Assembly (NCBI RefSeq): GCF_032191835.1
Contig: NC_083233.1
Span: 3,162,001-3,226,000, forward strand
Reading direction: 5' to 3'
Length of the DNA: 64,000 bases
From: Heteronotia binoei
Taxonomy: Eukaryota
Shown here: piece after piece, positions 60,577-64,000 of the stretch
Layout of the letters: each line of letters opens with the position of its first letter
Position numbering within the stretch: position 1 is the stretch's first letter
Notes under the pieces: model-generated
Told to the model about the DNA's origin: nothing
The model's input: the letters and a program-made list of their open reading frames with translations, nothing else
Databases searched by the model: none
Position numbers and translations under genes: made by a program

Positions 60577-61370
60577 CAGACCCGTAGCCATGGTGGGGAC
60601 CGGGGGGAGCACAGCCCCTCCATTGAAACCTCCCTTTTACCAGTATGGACCCTCCTGGCAGCCCCGCTCTGTGGCTCTTGCAGCCATCGATCTCCCTGCC
60701 GCGCTGGTGCCCCCGCTCCCCTCTGCGCAGCACCTCCCCTCCCTCCCTCCCACCCCATGAAGCACCGGCTCCTCCTAGGGCTCTTTCAAGGCCCCCCCAC
60801 CACCAATCATGTGAGCGGCCGGAAAAGCCGCGGGAAGGCCGGTGCTCCTCTGCCGGCCTTCCAGTGCTGTCTGGAGCTTTAGCACTGGGGCGGCAGCGAA
60901 AGGAAGACCAGCAAGCCCTGCAAAAGCACCCATCACCTCTGCCACTTCCTCCCTACTTCCCTCTCTGGATCGCGTGAGAGGGAAGTAGGGAGGAAGCAGC
61001 GGAGGCAGTGGGCATTTTTGCAGGGCTTGCTGGTCTTCCTTTCACCGCCGGCCCAGTGCTAAAGCTCCAGACAGCGCTGGAGGGCCGGCAGAGGAGCACT
61101 GGCCTTCCCGCGGCTTTTCCAGCCGCTCACATGATCGTGGGGGGGGGCGCCTTGAAAGAGCCCCAGGAGGAGCCGGTGCTTCATGGGGTGGGAGGGAGGG
61201 AGGGGGAGGTGTCGTAGAGGGGGGTGGGGGCCGCCAGAGCAGCAGGGAGATTGGTGGCCACGAGAAAGCGCCGGTGGAGAGAGTGGGGGCCGCGAGAGCA
61301 GGGGGGTCCTCCATCCAAAATTTTATTCCATGGGCCTCCCCCACCACCAAACATTTTCTGGCTACGGGAT
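60577..61370. mobile_element. GC-rich foldback DNA element with a ~660-bp internal palindrome
   Basis: Termini CCCGTAGCCA / TGGCTACGGG; arms ~60647-60965 and 60976-61309. Confidence 0.75.
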
Positions 61371-62035
61371 CACTCCTTCTCTTTGACGAATGCGTAACAC
61401 TGGGGCCCAACGTGGCTTTTGTCAGGTCTCAGGAAAGTGTGGGATGTTTGCTTCCCCAAGATATAATCTGTGGCAGGAGTAGGCCACAATGCTCCTGAAC
61501 TCACAGGGTCCTCCTGCTCTCCACAGAGGGGTCTGCCCAGTCCTGTGGCTGAACGAGACCTAGGAGTCACGTATGGGGAACTGAACTCCCAGGTGCCTGA
61601 TCTGAGCTGGAGGCAGAGCACGCGGGGAGAGGGGTCATCTGCTTTCCTCTCCTGCCATTTTTCTGACCTGAATAGAACATCAAACGAGCCCTGCCGGATC
61701 AGACTCCCTCCACAGGTATGGCTGCCAAGTCTGAATTAGGAAATCCCTCGAGATTTTTGTGGGGGGCGGGCTTCAGCACAGTACAAAGCCAGAGTCCACC
61801 CTCCAAAGTAGCTCCAAAGTAGTGGGAAGAAACGCAGTTTTTCTTTGGAGGTTGGAAATGAGCAAAACCTTCACTCTAAGTTTTAAACGTTTCTTCCCCG
61901 CTCTGGGCTGAGAACAGGCAGGAAAGAGAGAAGTCAGCTCAGTTGCTTTCCAGACTTACCTCAGCCCACCTTCGTACAGACGTCATTAGGCCCAGACAAT
62001 GGGACTGTCAAGCTCCCCACCCCCAAGCTGAGAAC

Positions 62036-62263
62036 TATGGTTGCCAGCTCCAGGTTAGGAAATATTTGGATTTTTTTGGGGGGGGGGGGAGGGGGAGCCT
62101 GAGACAGGCAGGGTTGGGGGAGAGGAGGGACTTCAGTGGGGAATCACACCACAGTCCACCCTCCAAAGCAGCCATTTTCTCTAGGGGAGCTGACCTCTGT
62201 CACCTGGAGATCAGTTATAATCCCAGGAGACCTCCAGTCACCACCTGGAGGCTGGCAACCCTA
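62036..62263. mobile_element. TAGGGTTGCC-family hAT MITE
   Basis: TATGGTTGCCAG / CTGGCAACCCTA; flanks CTGAGAAC/CAGGGAAC. Confidence 0.75.
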
Positions 62264-62321
62264 CAGGGAACGGAGATTTGCAGGTGTTAAATACTGGAGA
62301 GACTCCAGATAGGAATGTTCT

Positions 62322-62460
62322 GGAGAATCATAGAGCTGGAAGGGACCCCCAGGGCCATCTAGTCCAACCCCCTGCACAGTATAGGAAATCCACAAACACC
62401 TCCCCCTAAATGCACAGGATCTGCATTGCTGTCCAGCCTCTGTTTAAAAACCTCCAGGGA
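62322..62460 (-). mobile_element. CR1 extreme 3' end
   Basis: AATCATAGAGCTGGAAGGGACC...TCTAGTCCAACCCC. Confidence 0.75.
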
Positions 62461-62699
62461 AGGAAGGAAAAGCATCTCTGACCTGGCCTGATCTGCTCAG
62501 GGGGCAGGGGAAAGAGAGGGGATAAAACCTGGAGAAGGGAGGAGGAATCTCTTCCTTTAAGTGCTGTGGAGTCCATCAGAGCAGGCAGAACTCTGGACTG
62601 AGGTCTGGGGAGGCAGCCATGAACCCTATGCTGACCTGAGGGGCTGGAGGAAGCTTTGAGGTAATTGAAGCTCTTTAGAGATCTGTAACTGCCTTTAAC

Positions 62700-63961
62700 A
62701 TGCCAGCAAAGTCATGTTAAAGATCCTACAAGCTAGGCTTCAGCAGTATGTAGATTGGGAACTACCAGAAGTTCAAGCTGGGTTTTGGCGAGGTAGAGGA
62801 AATAGAGATCAAATTGCCAACATTTGCTGGATTATGGAGAAAGCACGGGAGTATCAGAAAAACGTCTATTTCTGCTTCATTGACTATGCTAAAGCCTTTG
62901 ATTGTGTGGATCACAACAAACTGTGGCAAGTCCTTAAAGAGATGGGAGTACCAGACCACCTCACATGTCTCCTGAGAAACCTGTATAAGGGTCAAGAAGC
63001 AACTGTCAGAACGGGATATGGAACAACTGATTGGTTTAGAATAGAAAACGGAGTTCGACAAGGATGTATATTGTCACCCTGCTTATTTAATTTATATGCA
63101 GAGTACATCATGCGGAATGCTGGCCTGGATGAAGAACAAGCTGGAATTAACATTGCTAGGAAAAACATCAACAACGTCGGATATGCAGATGACACTACTC
63201 TAATGGCAGAAAGTGAGGAGGACCTAAAGAAGCTCTTGTTGAGAGTGAAAGAGGAGAGCACAAAAGCAGGCTTGAAACTCAACATCAAAAAAACTAAGAT
63301 CATGGCATCAGCCCCATCACACCTTGGCAAATAGAAGGGGAAGACATGGAAGTAGTGACAGACTTCACGTTTCTGGGATCCAAGATCACTGCAGATGGTG
63401 ACTGTAGCCATGAAATTAAAAGACGTTTGCTCCTTGGGAGAACAGCTATGGTGAACCTGGGCGGTAAAATAGAAAGTAGAGACATCACCCTGCCAACAAA
63501 AGTCCGTATAGTCAAAGCGATGGTATTCCCAGTAGTAATGTATGGCTGTGAGAGCTGGACCATAAGGAAGGCCAAGCGCAGAAGAATAGATGATTTTGAG
63601 ATGTAGTGCTGAAGAAGACTCTTGAGAGTCCCTTGGACTGCAAGAAGATCAGATCAGTCAGCCCCAAGGGAAATCAACCCAGACTGTTCCCTGGAAGGTC
63701 AGATGCTGAAGCTGAAGCTCAAACACTTTGGCCACCCAATGAGAAGGGAGCACTCCCTGGAGAAGATCCTGATGCTAGGAAAGACAGAAGGCAAAAGAAG
63801 AAGGGGACACCAAAAGAGGAGATGGCTGGACAGTGTTACTGATGTAACAAACAAGAATTTTAGCAGATTTTGGAGGAGGATGGAAGACAGGAGGGCCTGG
63901 TGTGACTTTGTTTATGGGGTTGCAAAGAATCGGACTCGACTGCGACTGAACAGCAACAACA
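62700..63961 (+). mobile_element. 5'-truncated RTE-BovB LINE
   Basis: FIDYAKAFDCVDHNKLW, GVRQGCILSPCLF, YADDTTLMAESEEDL; (CAA)n tail; AACTGCCT repeated at 62687 and 63962. Confidence 0.92.
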
Positions 63962-64000
63962 AACTGCCTAAACTAATAAGCCTGTGCTGTATTTTACCAT

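Overview
Eukaryotic, repeat-rich genomic DNA from a squamate reptile, most likely a gecko. The call rests on recalled Squam3-, Squam2- and Sauria-type SINEs, BovB, CR1/L2 and abundant TAGGGTTGCC-ended hAT MITEs; family names come from memory, not a database search. I cannot recognise any host protein-coding gene. The only long, recognisable ORFs belong to transposons. One 193-N assembly gap lies at 9881-10073. Main elements: (1) a full-length degenerate minus-strand Ty3/Gypsy element (34434-38918) with two LTRs, an 18-nt tRNA-Ser(GCU) PBS, PPT and gag-PR-RT-RH-IN; (2) a near-intact RTE-clade LINE (41999-45655) with an 11-bp TSD and two visible ORF lesions; (3) a truncated LTR element (~11245-12357) whose PBS matches no tRNA but is complementary to its own predicted transcript start, the Tf1/sushi self-priming signature, plus a related solo LTR at 28937-29327; (4) a 2.4-kb insertion (6273-8704) with ~180-bp inverted arms around a 1.3-kb LTR-like core and a 14-15-bp direct duplication; (5) many nested LINE, SINE, MITE and solo-LTR insertions with readable TSDs, two large palindromes and a 60-bp higher-order minisatellite.
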